NCBI GenBank assembly: GCA_964247055.1
Contig: OZ176052.1
Coordinates: 6,076,001-6,140,000 of the forward strand
Direction of reading: 5' to 3'
Source of the DNA: Paragordius varius
Lineage: Eukaryota; Animalia; Nematomorpha
DNA length: 64,000 bases
This document shows, piece by piece, positions 1-12,640 of this stretch. Numbering within the stretch: position 1 is the first letter of the stretch; every line of letters begins with the position of its first letter. A program made the position numbers and the translations under genes. Below the pieces are notes generated by a model. That model ran no database searches. It saw only the letters and a program-made list of their open reading frames with translations, and was not told the DNA's origin.

Positions 1-1280
1 CAAGAGTTTATGTAACAAGCCGTCAAAATTCAAATCATTTAGGAATTATATAATTTAGCTCGAAATTCTAATTAAACACATTGCCAGTCCTTATGGTTAT
101 GTAAATAGTAACTCATCCGATAATAGATGTATTTTTATAGAATTTAATTTAACCCATCCAATTAAATACAATGAACGATATAAAAGAATTTTTTTCAGGC
201 AAAGTAGGCTAGTTAAAAATACTAATGATTTAACCAAAATAAATAAGATATATGAATTTCGTTACGAAATTTATTATTAATAATAGATTTTAAATATTCA
301 TTTACGATTTACACGTGTACGTAAAAATATACTAAAAACCTGAAACGAGTATCAAAAAGAATTTATATAATTTTAGCATTTGATTTGACATTTGTGGTGT
401 TGTAAAAAACTAGAATATATATTGCATTGTCCTGTTATCGATACATAAAAATGAAATGTCAGAGATGTGATACAAAATTATTTGTTTGATTGAAGAGATC
501 GGCGTAGATAATGAACATTCACTTTCATGCAGTAAATATTAAAATTATAAGGGCAAAACGGACTAATATTTTATAAAGACAATATTTTTATATTATTTTT
601 TTTTTCTATTCAACTAAAATGATAGTGAGAAATATATAATAGTGCAATTCCAATTTACACCTTTATTTATCCATTTTGCGACCCAAAACAATTTGTTATA
701 TTAAAAACAAAAGTATGGCTGTTTTAATTTTAAAATATTTGTCTTTTTACGTTTTGCCTTTATACTTTCGCTTACATTATACTTTCTAATAAAATTTCAT
801 AAAAAGAGTAAATGCCATTTTTTATGATTTAGACTGGAGTATGATTTCTTTTAACATATTCGGAATCAATAATCATTGGACTGACTGATGTGGTCACATG
901 ATAACGATCATTCAAAGGAGCGGGTTGAGATGAACCATAACTAGTAGTCTGCCCAAATTGACTTTTTTCATAACCTTCTTTTTTACGGTACCACTCTAAT
1001 AAAGTGATATATGGACTTCATAATTTAAACATTTGAAATATGCATAAAAATTTGTAATTTTTATAGATTATATATATTTTAAAGGAATGATTGTTAGCGT
1101 GGTTAAACCAAATATATTTACGTATGATGTGATAATCGCTTTTTTGACCACTTTTATTTTTATAAAAGTGAGTTTTAAGGCTTTCATGAGTTCAATAATA
1201 AAATAATTGGGTCCTTGCTTTTAACACAAAAAAAGGTGACTATAACCTATGTTGAGAGAATTACGCATTCTATATTATGA

Positions 1281-1416
1281 TTAAGCTGAAATGCGTATCT
1301 TATAAAAATATAAATTTTAATTTTCAACCTTTTTTTTATTTTTTTTCTATAAAGACTTTACAATAAAAGTCGAAAATTAAAATTTATATTTTTATAAAAT
1401 ACGCATTTTAGTTTAA
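1281..1416. repeat. Small palindromic (foldback) element with ~50-bp inverted arms
   Basis: TTAAGCTGAAATGCGTATCTTATAAAAATATAAATTTTAATTTTC at 1281 is nearly the reverse complement of GAAAATTAAAATTTATATTTTTATAAAATACGCATTTTAGTTTAA ending at 1416; TTAA at both ends. Confidence 0.6.
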
Positions 1417-1841
1417 TTTTTAATAAATTTTATAAACTATGTATTTTTCAATTTTTTTATAATTACAACGCCTGTTAATTTATAAATCCAATAACCTTTT
1501 ATATTTGAATTGAATCCTGCATCACACCATATATCACGTAATGGATTAAAATTACGAATCGCTGCACTAGCCTATATATAAAAATTATATTCAAATGAAT
1601 ACTTATAAATTAAAAATTTTAATTATTAAACTTCAAATTAATTTAAATATTTTTGTAAAAAAAATATTTTTTGATCCATCACATAATAATAATGAATAAG
1701 ATTTTAAAATATATAATGCAATGTACTACCACTAAACATCCATACTTTTATTCTTAAACCAAAACAATGTACACTAACAAACCAGGTTGTATTTATCAAA
1801 AAAATAAGTCTTTTAGATTTTACATACTGTCTTTACAATAT

Positions 1842-4472
1842 TTATTTGATGCTCACAAATAAAATTCCAAACACAGCTCCTAAAGCGAATCCTGCTAGTA
1901 CATCAGACCAATGGTGTTTGAAATCTGATACACGAGTTATTCCAATCCATAACGATAATGTTATAAGGGCTATCAAATAAATTAAAAAGACATAATGTAA
2001 AAACTAAAAAACAATTGTAAAGAGTTTATCATACTTTAACCTATAATTTTTATAAAATATGGAATACATATGTAAATTTGTGACATAATTATACTTTTAT
2101 AATTAATTAGGTTGTAAAGATAATAATCAGAGTTTAAACATGGCTTTTTTAAATTTTTTTTACTCTAATTTGGATCTTAAAAAACATAATATATAAATGG
2201 TAGGCTAAAATAATTCTAAGTCTTCAATAAAAAGCGGCAACATGTAAGGGAAAGACTTGCAGCTTTGTTTAAAGATTAAACAAGGGGGGTCCAACACAAA
2301 TGGCTTCGTAGGCCGCATTATTTAACACTTGGATACAACACACTCATTTTAGTCCTTCGATTCAAATTGGGGTAGTTGGATACCCCAGGCCTGTTTAAAA
2401 TTAAATTCTTTAAAAAATATAGAAGGAATCGAAACCATGGCAAAATTTTGCACTTATCTAACATTAATAAACCGAAATATATAAAAAATTTAATTCAAAA
2501 TTACTTGATATTACTTATTTTAAGCTAAAACCAAAAGGTAAAAATTTTGTCAACGTGACATGTGTCAAATTGTAAAACTGAAAAATTATACACACTAAAC
2601 CGCTTTTTCTATTTCTATCAATGTTAGATGTAATTTATATAAAAAATTAGCTTTAGTTTTACCCTTAAAATGATATAAGACGATATTTTGCAAAAATTTT
2701 GTAAAATAAAAATGGCGTCGAAGTAGTTTGAGATGGAGCTTTTTTTTCAAAACCAAATTTTATCAAGATGTTTTGGCATATTTATATAATTTTTATCAGG
2801 ATAGAAGCATAAATTTAAATTGGGACCGTTTCCATCAGTAGTTTTTTAAAAATATTAATTTAAATTTAGTCTGGGGTATTTAGATACCCCAATTTGAATC
2901 GAAGTGTTAATGAAAAGTTCTGGCGGGACGCATTCCAATATACATGGAGATAAACATTTTATTTCAAACAAAGACTGTAATATGAAAACAAACACAACAA
3001 TTTAATCGTTCGTTGCCAATTGGATAGAGCTATTCCGAAATTTTGTATAAGAATCAATTTTACAAAGATTTAGTGAGCTTATTCTGGTAAATTATAAATT
3101 TACAAATTTTTTGCGGGCCACACATAATGTTTCGGAGGGCCGCATGGCCCGCGAGTTGGACACCCTTGAATTAAACCCCAATGTAAAATTTGTTTTCTAC
3201 ATACCTAATACGATTAAATTATCAAAATGGAATTATAAAAAAGTTAAGAATGCTTTTTTCCTTACACAACTCCAATTATTTTATCTATTTTATGTCCGGC
3301 TCTCTATAAAACAACTAATTTTTATATTTTTAAGCCTTATTTTCGAATTTAATCCTAGAAAAGTACAGAGAACCTCGGTTTTTGAGGTTTATTGTAAGTG
3401 ATTAAAAAAATCTTTCCAATCTTTCAGAAATTATATATGATTAAAAAACTGATTTTTAGTGATTTTCACAGTTGAGCCATTTAAAATACAATTAATTAAA
3501 TAAATTGTAATACTTTTGTGCGCATAAATTAAGTTTTTACTTAACCGACCAATGATAATTAGATTTATTTGTCTTACCACACATGTATAAAGAGGTTTTA
3601 ATTATAATTCAAGTTATAATAAGTATTATTCTAATTTTTAATAGCAATTTACCTCCTTCATATAATACTTTAAAAGCCGGCATTTTGCATCGTCGAGCTC
3701 GAAAATGAACATAAAGTGCCGTAAATAGTAAACAATACATTGAGGAAGATGCATGTCCTGAAGGAAAGGATAATCTAAGAAATATAAAAAGTTTAATATG
3801 GTTTAGATTAAACTTTGTTAGATAAAGAATACTGACAAAAATAATAAAGCGCATTTATAAGCGGTTAAACCGGTTACTTATTTAAAAAACTTACTCTTAC
3901 CACAGCATATTCAAACGTTGATTATTACCTTGAATCACGTATTCGTTTTTGATTTGTCCCAAAACATTCAAACCCAGTAATATATAAATTAGGGTTACAA
4001 GGTGATTTGTAAGACGGAACACAAACTTCCATAAAATGCGGGCGTAATCTTCCAACTGAAAATTTTAAAATATCTAAAAATTTATAAATATTTAAACTCG
4101 TCGCAGATTCATTCACACCAACGCCAATAAAGAAGATGCATAAGGTTTTAAATATTAATCTAAAATACATATTTTTGGCTTCCGGGCTTTGAGAGCTCTT
4201 CCAAACTCCGCTAATTTTTAATTCAACTATGAAAATCTAGAATATAAATAGTTGTTTACTGTTAATATTGGAAATGTTAGATTAATTGCCGTTAATACCG
4301 CATTCGTCACCGTATTTTCTTTCCATGGATACATCAAACTTTGATCACTACAAAAAAATCCACGATCATACGACTTTCCCAAATATTTCAAACATAACCA
4401 AGTGACTTGGGATAAGGCAACAAAAACCAAATCCAAAATATAATCATAAAAAATGGTAAAGCACTGATGCAT
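1842..4472 (-). CDS. PLPP: Phospholipid phosphatase (PAP2/LPP, wunen-like), 5 exons
   Basis: Exons 4472-4260, 4236-4098, 4073-3929, 3774-3653, 1969-1842 join in frame via GT-AG introns of 23, 24, 154 and 1683 nt. Motifs: RGFFCSDQSLMYP, C1 KFSVGRLRPHF, C2 SFPSGH, C3 TRVSDFKHHWSDVLAG. The C-terminus is either GILFVSIK* (no further intron) or a further 26-nt intron (1856-1831) giving TVCKI*. Confidence 0.93.
2281..3168. mobile_element. hAT-type MITE (CAAGGG/CAGGGG-TGTCCAAC termini) carrying a nested piggyBac-like MITE
   Basis: Termini CAAGGGGGGTCCAAC ... GTTGGACACCCTTG and subterminal GGCCCGC motifs; same family as 31064-31293 and 50304-50561. Lies in PLPP intron 4. Confidence 0.8.
2326..2906. 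mobile_element. piggyBac-like MITE, family A
   Basis: TTAA at 2322-2325 and 2907-2910; CAC...GTG ends; imperfect TIR CACTT...CGATTCAAATTGGGGTA / TACCCCAATTTGAATCGAAGTG. Other copies at ~24601-25100 and 43599-44819. Confidence 0.8.
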
Positions 4473-4531
4473 CTCAAGTTTTTACATGTGTTCAAAGCAA
4501 CATTTGTTATGTGCAAGTTCATTGGCGAAGC
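4473..4531. promoter_or_regulatory. Inferred bidirectional promoter, PLPP / TMEM177 (59 bp between ATGs)
   Basis: PLPP ATG at 4472 (minus) and TMEM177 ATG at 4532 (plus). Promoter function is inferred from geometry only. Confidence 0.6.
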
Positions 4532-5584
4532 ATGGACAAAATTTTAGATTCGCTATGTAGCAAAATTTTATTAGCATCATTTATACCTATTCCGTATTAT
4601 ATATACAAGCATTATTATGCTCTTTCAAAACAGCCTTTGGTAGAAGGCAATGATCTAATCTATCTTCAAGAAGTATCTATTTCTTAGTCATTATTAGAAT
4701 TTAAAACGAATATTATACTTTAATGGATACAAAACTAATTCCAAAGTCAAATTTTATAAAATTAAATCAGATACCCCCATTTCTTATGGAACTTTAAAAT
4801 GTAATTACGAATGTTCTGTTGGAATTCCTGAACATTTTTTCGTAAGATATATATATTAATATATATTTAGCCATTAATCGATGTGCCCTTTGACGAAAGT
4901 ATGTTGACGGATAAAAATTTAAGTTTAACCAATTATGAAATTTTTACTAAATACATCAATCTTATGCAAACGCATTTTCTAACATACATTAGCTTCTATT
5001 GTGGATACGTAACTCTAACATTGACAGCCACATTGTACACTCTGAAACTTTTATTTATGTTTGGAATTAAACGACTAAATCAAGTTTACAATAAGGTTTA
5101 CAATCATGAAATCATTCCACAATCCTTGAATCTTACGGCAAATTTTATCGGGGATCGAAAACATATGCATGAAGTTTTGTTACGCAAACGATTGTTAAGA
5201 TTCGGTTTCCCTGCTTTTTTATCGTTTTATGCTTATACCTTTTTTCATGCATATCCATCCCTACTTGCCTCTTATAAATTAAGCTGTGATTCCCAGTGTG
5301 ACCTATATTTAGCTCGCTTGGGACCAGATATGGCTAACACAGGAAAAAGATTTCTCGAAAAGGAAATCGCTGAAAATTTAAAGGCATTAGAAACGTCAGA
5401 AAACATTGATTTACTCGCAAAACCAACAAAAATGTGGGATATTAGCCCAATTAAGCATTTAGAACATTTGCATGAACGACTACGAAGACTTAACGATTTC
5501 ATTAAAAGCGAAGCTTATTTAAAAATTAAACATACCGATTGGAAAAAGGATGTTGAGCAAAAAAACAAAAGAATGTTTGGTTAG
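4532..5584 (+). CDS. TMEM177: Transmembrane protein 177 homolog (mitochondrial inner membrane), 3 exons
   Basis: Exons 4532-4672, 4698-4841, 4871-5584; phase-0 GT-AG introns of 25 and 29 nt. PISYG...VGIPEHFF, SFYAYTF...D...A.LG...A..G..FLEK...ENL.AL and IKHL match my recollection of TMEM177 (PVSAG...VGIPASF; FVAYAF...GGVEFYEK...NLALR; IKHLP). Confidence 0.75.
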
Positions 5585-5631
5585 AATTAGGTGCAAAATA
5601 CATATAAAATAAATATTTAAATTTATATATT

Positions 5632-8600
5632 TTATAAAATACAACCATTATATATAATTGATATGATTCTAAGAAGGTGTTTTTGAATGGCATCACTTTG
5701 GATTGTGGTCACGACTTCTTCACCATTATTATTACATAGAACTGAATAGAGTTTCTAAAAAATATATAATAATTTTATTTAGAACCCACAAACTAAATTT
5801 GTCATTTGTTAAAATTAAATACTAGCATTAACATAAATATATTTAAATATAAAACTTAAAAATCTCATCCATCTTTATATTTTATAGCAAATTTTCAAAC
5901 ACCAATTCACTATAATATCCTCAATAATATTATCGCATGTACGAACTTCGATTAGATAATCGGTATTTTGTCCGATAATATATCTTAAACATATATGCAT
6001 TTAGAATACTAGCTTAGATTTGTTTTATACACTGGATGTGGTACTCATGATAAAGTTTATAAATTTAAACTTAAAATTTGTTAAAATTTTAAGCTTAAAT
6101 TTATGCACGACACATACATCTCAGAAACATGTTTGCTTAGCAGTATTCAAAAAATATCTATTTTCCGTTTTACGTTTATAAAAAACTTATTCGTTTCGGT
6201 CAAATGTTTTGATTTTATTTTATTTTTTAATTTTCTTACGTATTTTAATACAATTACTATAAAACCAATATATAAACATATAAACAGCAAAAATTAAAAT
6301 GTCAAACCCGGAAGACCTAAAAGGAGGCTAATGGTGAAAAATAAACTGATAATTATGATTTTGGAACCTTTACTTTTTAGTTTCGAAAAAGCAATAAATT
6401 CCGGCTTCAACCTGATATATAGCAAAATTATATATATTTAAACAATTTACTTGTAATTTGGAAAATTTTTGGGTTTTAATAAATTAAAATAAAATTTGAA
6501 AAACGACTTAAATGCGTTAGAAATAGTATACCTTTAATTATTAAGGATATCTTATAGTGTTTGATATAACGGGACTGTATTAACATTTATTTAAAACATT
6601 TTTTGGACATTCTTGTTTTGATAAATTAAATTAAAATATCTAAAAAAACACAACCAAATATATATATATATATATAAAATAATAAATCCACTAAAACTGT
6701 TTTAACAAAGCTTCTTTAAGCGCGCCGCTATGGCTGAATCGGTAATGATTCAGATTTAAGAATATTTAACATATTTAAATTCTTGTTAAATAATGTTTAT
6801 AATATTAGTTAAAAATATATCTATGGGAATCAGAAAAATGTGATTAGATTGCTTATTAAAAAACTCTTGTGGAAAATCTATAATCTTCTGTTAATCAAAA
6901 TGAGTAAAAGTATTATTTAAAAAACAACTGTTACATATACGTTAATTATTTTGAATTCAATGGCTAATTATATGGTGCAATCTATAAAATAAGATAAAAT
7001 AATACTGATTTGGTGGTAAGTGTCTTAGATTTATTTTGATAAATGAGTACTGCATGTTCATCCCAAAACACATTGTTGATAAACTAAAAATATTAATATA
7101 TATGCCATATTATTTTTATCTAAATAATTAAAATATTTATGGCTAAAAAGTCAAAATTAGAAGATATATTTTATAACGTGATTAAAATTAGCAAAAGAGT
7201 GTAGTGTTAGACATCTGTTTATAATCGTGTTTTGTTGAAAAAAATAATATTATGTTCAGTGCAGTTTAATATTAAACCCGCGCTGATCGTTTAGAATTTT
7301 GTAAATTAAACCGAACTGCGGTACCGCGCTGATTGAACCGTATAATTTACGAGTTCATAAAAGTAATTTAGAAAATGCACATTTGTTTAAAATCATATCT
7401 AAAGTGAAAACATTATTCTTTGTCACTATGAACCGGTCAAATACATTTTTAATTACAAAATATATTTGCACCTTAAATGATAAAACTACATTAATTTAAA
7501 CAAGACAAATGGCCCATTTTTTTTAAAAATATATATAAAGGTTCCTTTCATAAAATCGCCCGTTTATTATTTATAAATATGATATATTGAATTAATTTAC
7601 TCACTATGAAATGGTGTGTCCCACAAACAAAGTATTTAACACAATTTTTATCCAAATTTTCTGTAATACGCGGAACTACGTTGACTAAAAAATATTCCCA
7701 ACTCATAATTTCCAATGATATTAATCGGTGATCTATTTGTGTTAAATTTGTCAAATGAAGGCTTTTAAGAAATTCGGGAAATTCATCATCAAATATCTAT
7801 ATAGTTAGCAAAAATATTAAATCATAATAATATAAAACATATAGCGCATTCATTTAAAATCTATTCTCATAAACGTTCGACAGAAACAACTGCATAAAAA
7901 TTGTATGTGAAATGATGGTATCATACCATGTTAAGAGGCGTAATAGTTGGTGGTACCAATAAAAGTGTATCCTTTTTAACATCATACCAGGGAAAACGAT
8001 TTAAATCATTGTTATTGAGTGATGAATTAACATTCAATCCTACATCAAAATTAAAAACACCCGCATTAATTATATTAGGGGTAAAAATGTTAGGTTCTAT
8101 CAGAGGTGTGTGTATGAGTACGGAAGCAGCGTCCTCAGAACTGGTTTTTTGCATTGTTTTAGCAATTTGTTCACTACTGTTGGATTGAGCCACGCCTGTA
8201 AAGATGTTTACCAGAAACGGAGATAACGGGTTGTAATTGTTGTTGGGAACTGTTGTATTCAATTTAGTTTTAATGGAAGATTGACGACTAACAATTATAA
8301 TAATATTGATTAAAATTATGAAGATTCAGCAATATTGAATTAATTTTAGACGTGAATTTTTAGTTACATCAGAGTTAACGTTTTTAAACATTTAAAATAA
8401 ATAACGAAATTGTATGAAAATCAGTTATCCATCCGACTTGGTAGTAAGCTTGTTTTAAACAGAGCCTATAAACTAAATAGCTCATAGTTTTCTGATTATG
8501 TCATGATGCGAATTTATTTTATCCATGCTTATTGAGATATGAGTTAATCGTTGAGTGAACCTTCCTATAAACTTACTTGTTTTAGGGATAATTTTAAGCT

Positions 8601-8940
8601 AATATGATAATTTTTAGGAATTGTAAAAAAATTTAAATCTAATATATTATTATTGAATTTAAAATGTAATTTCTAACAATGGGTTATATTGCGCTTAATG
8701 TCCCATCTATTTATCACAATTTGGGTTATAAGAGGGATCCACTGTACTTTAGTATTTTATTAAAAGCACATAGAATGAAATGTACCTTAATGATATTTTA
8801 CGAGTTCGTGTAGCTGAAGCATTTCTCACATGCCATGAAGCCTCTCGATTTTGTTTTGCTAAAATCATAGCTTTGATATAGGATTGAGACGATTTCATAT
8901 ACGTGTCCCAAAGTTTTTTTCGATTAAATGACAAAAACAT
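5632..8940 (-). CDS. Unidentified multi-exon gene or genes; exon structure unresolved
   Basis: Exon-like open segments with AG/GT borders: 8940-8786 (MFLSFNRKKLWDTYMK...), ~8262-7928, ~7795-7600 (IFDDEFPEFLKSLHL...CGTHHFI then gtgagt), ~7083-7006, ~6410-6294, ~5985-5880, and a 41-codon terminal-like exon 5754-5632 (KLYSVLCNNNGEEVV...). No family recognised. Confidence 0.4.
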
Positions 8941-9708
8941 CTATTATTTCAAATAAAAAATTTAAACAGCAGAAAAAAACAGGTCGCGTCGCTTGCTTAA
9001 AAAGTCTTTTATTTAACACATATTTCAATATTAATATTTTTGGAATTCATGTTAAGGGCAAACGGCTAACCAATATTTTAATTTTAGGCAAAAATATAAG
9101 TGATCTCAATTATCATAATGTTAAATGTTTAAATAATTAAATTTTACCAAAGATTTTTCATAGAAAAGAGCAACACAGATTGCCCTGTAGAAATAATAAA
9201 TCTATATTAAATTGTATTATTTAAACCTACCCAAAAATTTATACAAAAAATTCAGCATATAAAAAGTTAAAATACAAAAAAGTTAGATAACCTTTTTATA
9301 AATACGGGTGCGCATTAATGTTGGTTAATTCACATTTTTGTTGGGTAATTGGAAATACAGTAACTGGGCAAAAAACTACAAATAAATTTCAATTTTTTGC
9401 TTTGCAATATTAATTTTATTTAATTATGAACAAAATTTGCTACTGTATTACCAATTGGCCAACAATAATGTGAATTGACCTTCATTAATGTGCATACTAT
9501 ATTATTTGGATAGATAATTTAACGCATTAGTTATTAATTTTTTAAATAAATAAAGCAAGATCATTCTTATTTTTTACACTCTAGTTGTAGTATAATCATC
9601 ACATAATCAAAATTTAGTTTTTTTCCGTGTTTGTTTTTTAACGCTATAATAAATTTATGGTAAAGCTTTTATAATGGACTAATAAATATATTATTATTAT
9701 CAATATTA

Positions 9709-12599
9709 TCAAAAAATAACCAAATTCATATAATCAATCACCAATCCCATGATGACTTTCGTCTTTTCCCTCAGGAATATTTCAATCAATTCTTCATCTT
9801 GACTGTAATAACCAAGAAAGTCAACTTTTTCCGCTTTTATGTGCATGGTAGCACGCTTTTTATTTTTGTAAGAAGCTAAATGATCAAACTCTTTTTTATT
9901 ATGTGGTTCAAAAGCTGAAAACTTGGCAAACAAATTATCAAAGCCCATTAATTCAGCAGGATTTTGATGGAAATTTTCGCTTTTAACACGCCTTATGAGA
10001 TTGTTATCTGGGGCATGTGATTGTTCATAGTGCTCCGATCTTCGTTTTATTTTACCTATAGAGAGCATATATATATATATATAGATATATATAATATATG
10101 TAATAGCCAACTTTAATAATATTGTATAAAAAAATAATATCATAAAAAACAGAGATCAACATGACGTTAATATTAAATATTACTAATATTGTTAACAGCA
10201 TCCCTAAAAAACTAATAGAAATCCATTAATATATAAAAAATAATCCGAAATTCTAATTAAAAGAAATTTGGAATCAATACTCATATAATGTAATTAAAAG
10301 TATTTAACAACAATGATCTCATTATTTTTCAAAGCAACTAACAAGAATGGACTCATTTGAAGATTTGAATTTGGATTTATTGCGATCGAAAAATTTTACG
10401 CGGTGTATTAATTTTAGCTCTATTATATTGCATGACACACCGTTAAAACAATTTAATCGAATATCATCCATCATTTTATGCATACTTGGTGTAATAGGAA
10501 ATTCCATGGGTCTAATAATTGCTTCCTATCGAAGCAAACACAAAATAACTCCATTTAATGAGAATTTTTGCACTAACACCACCGAAAGTAAAAATGCTTA
10601 TCCGTTACGCCTTTCGTTTAAATTGAGATCGTCTATGCGTCCACTTAGATTAACGGGTTTACCCAACAACCAATACGTATTGTTTCTATTCTATGCCGTA
10701 AACATTGTAAATTCCCTACTCCTAATCCCTTACCCTATCTTAAAAACTGTAAGGTCAGAAAAACTGACATTACTTTTGTGGGATAATTGGAGTTGGTCTT
10801 ACTATATGTGTCACATTCATTTCATCGTATCCAAAAGTTTGGTTAGTTTTGGGTTTTTGCTTTACATCATATTCTTTGCAAACCAATTCTTAATCATATA
10901 CGTTCCGTATAGATATAATACGTATGTTACACGGACCCGAATTAATGTATGTGTCACAATAGTGTTGCTATATTGCATAGCTTGGCAAATACCATTGTAT
11001 TTTTGGTCTGAACCCGTTCGAATCAATGTTTGCTTATACAAAACCAACAACAACAGCAATCAGTTTGAAACCAAATCTATATGGTATCAACATCTAGTAT
11101 ATGATGAACACATCATATCCTGGATGAAATATTATAGCTTGTTTAGGGAACTTTTTGTTCTCATTATTCCTTTCACGTGGTTAATTGCTATGCAATTGTT
11201 GTTATTGAATTATACGTCTGAAAAGTTACGGCATTACCAACGTTTTCATTTACGAAAACGATTCAAATCGATTTTCCCCAAAGTACAAGCGCTTAAAGAT
11301 GTCAGGGGGACTTCTATCGTAAGTAATGCAAGATCAATCACTCCTTCGTTACTTGAAGAAGTTAGGAAAAGTTTGGTAAATAATAGATTATATCGTAAGA
11401 ATTTGAGTAGTAACAAAGAAATATCCAAAACTATACTCATATTGTCGGTCGAATTTATATTTTTGCTTTTTCCCTTGTCAGCCTTTGAAGCTGTATGGTA
11501 TTTTGTTATAAAAACGCCTGAAAAACATAAAAACGTTTTAAATATCTATATATTCACCATATTATTGGAGCACATCTATATTACATGCTCTTTTTACATG
11601 AATTATACGTTTAATCCTTTATATAGAAAATTTATTAAAGATAGATTTATTATCCCAATTAATCAGGTAATATTTAGAAGATCTTTTTGATTCGGACAAT
11701 GTAATCTTACCGTTTATTTAATAATAGTGTTGTATAATCATTTCAAAACAAAAATAAATTTAAAACTATTATTAAATACAAATATATAATATATATATAT
11801 ATATATATAAATTAGAAAACATACTACCTTTCAAGAAAATTAACCAAAAAAATAAGATTAAAAATAACTTTTTTGCGATTGCATCATATTTTTCATCTTA
11901 TAATTCTTATCCATGAATGATAAGGTATTTCGCCTTGCCTGGTCTCGATCATTTAAAGTTTTACCCCTAAGAGCTTGAATTGGTTTGCTAGGTGCACCCT
12001 TAACAACAGTCACAAATTTTCCCACGCTAGATTCCACCGTTTCCTGGGGAAATGTGGTATCCAAATTGACTGAAAACACAAACAGGGTAAGGTTAAAAGA
12101 TGTATCTTCTTGAGAAGTTAAGCGTAATTGATTTAACAAAGGCTGGTTATGGTTATCTTTTTTAGATTCATTATCCACAAACGTAACATTTGATGTAGAC
12201 GTTGATGATTTTGCCAATCTCCTTAAACTTGTTGTCATACTTTGAAACAGCTTTTCATTCGAAGATGACATTTCATCCGCTAATCGCTTTATACTTTGTC
12301 CGAAATCGATTGAACGTTGCTGAAAAGGTATGTGGTCCAAAACTTTTTTTGGCCGACGGGATTGTGGATAAACAATGGACATAAGATCAACATTACAATC
12401 ACGGATCATTAGTTCCGTAAGGTTTGGGAGATTATATGCTCTAAAATGCGCAAATATAATGGGGGCATTATTGGTGGATTCATCTAGCGTGTGAAATGGA
12501 TGCAGTGCATATTTTAATTCATTGGTATGTCTTAACAAAAATTCCCAGAATGAGATGCCCACTCGTTGTTTGAATGACAAAGCAAGAGTTTCTAAGTAT

Positions 12600-12640
<41 letters not shown>

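Noticed and set aside
3111-3401. 96-aa plus-strand ORF
   Set aside because: TTG start inside an hAT MITE end, running into AT-rich PLPP intron; no protein-like features.
6722-6750. tRNA-like 5' head GCCGCTATGGCTGAATCGGTAA
   Set aside because: No B box or 3' half follows.
5272-12384. Short antisense ORFs (5272-5502, 7928-8188, 10322-10507, 10862-11059, 11246-11440, 12202-12384)
   Set aside because: Shadows of coding exons on the opposite strand, with no independent support.
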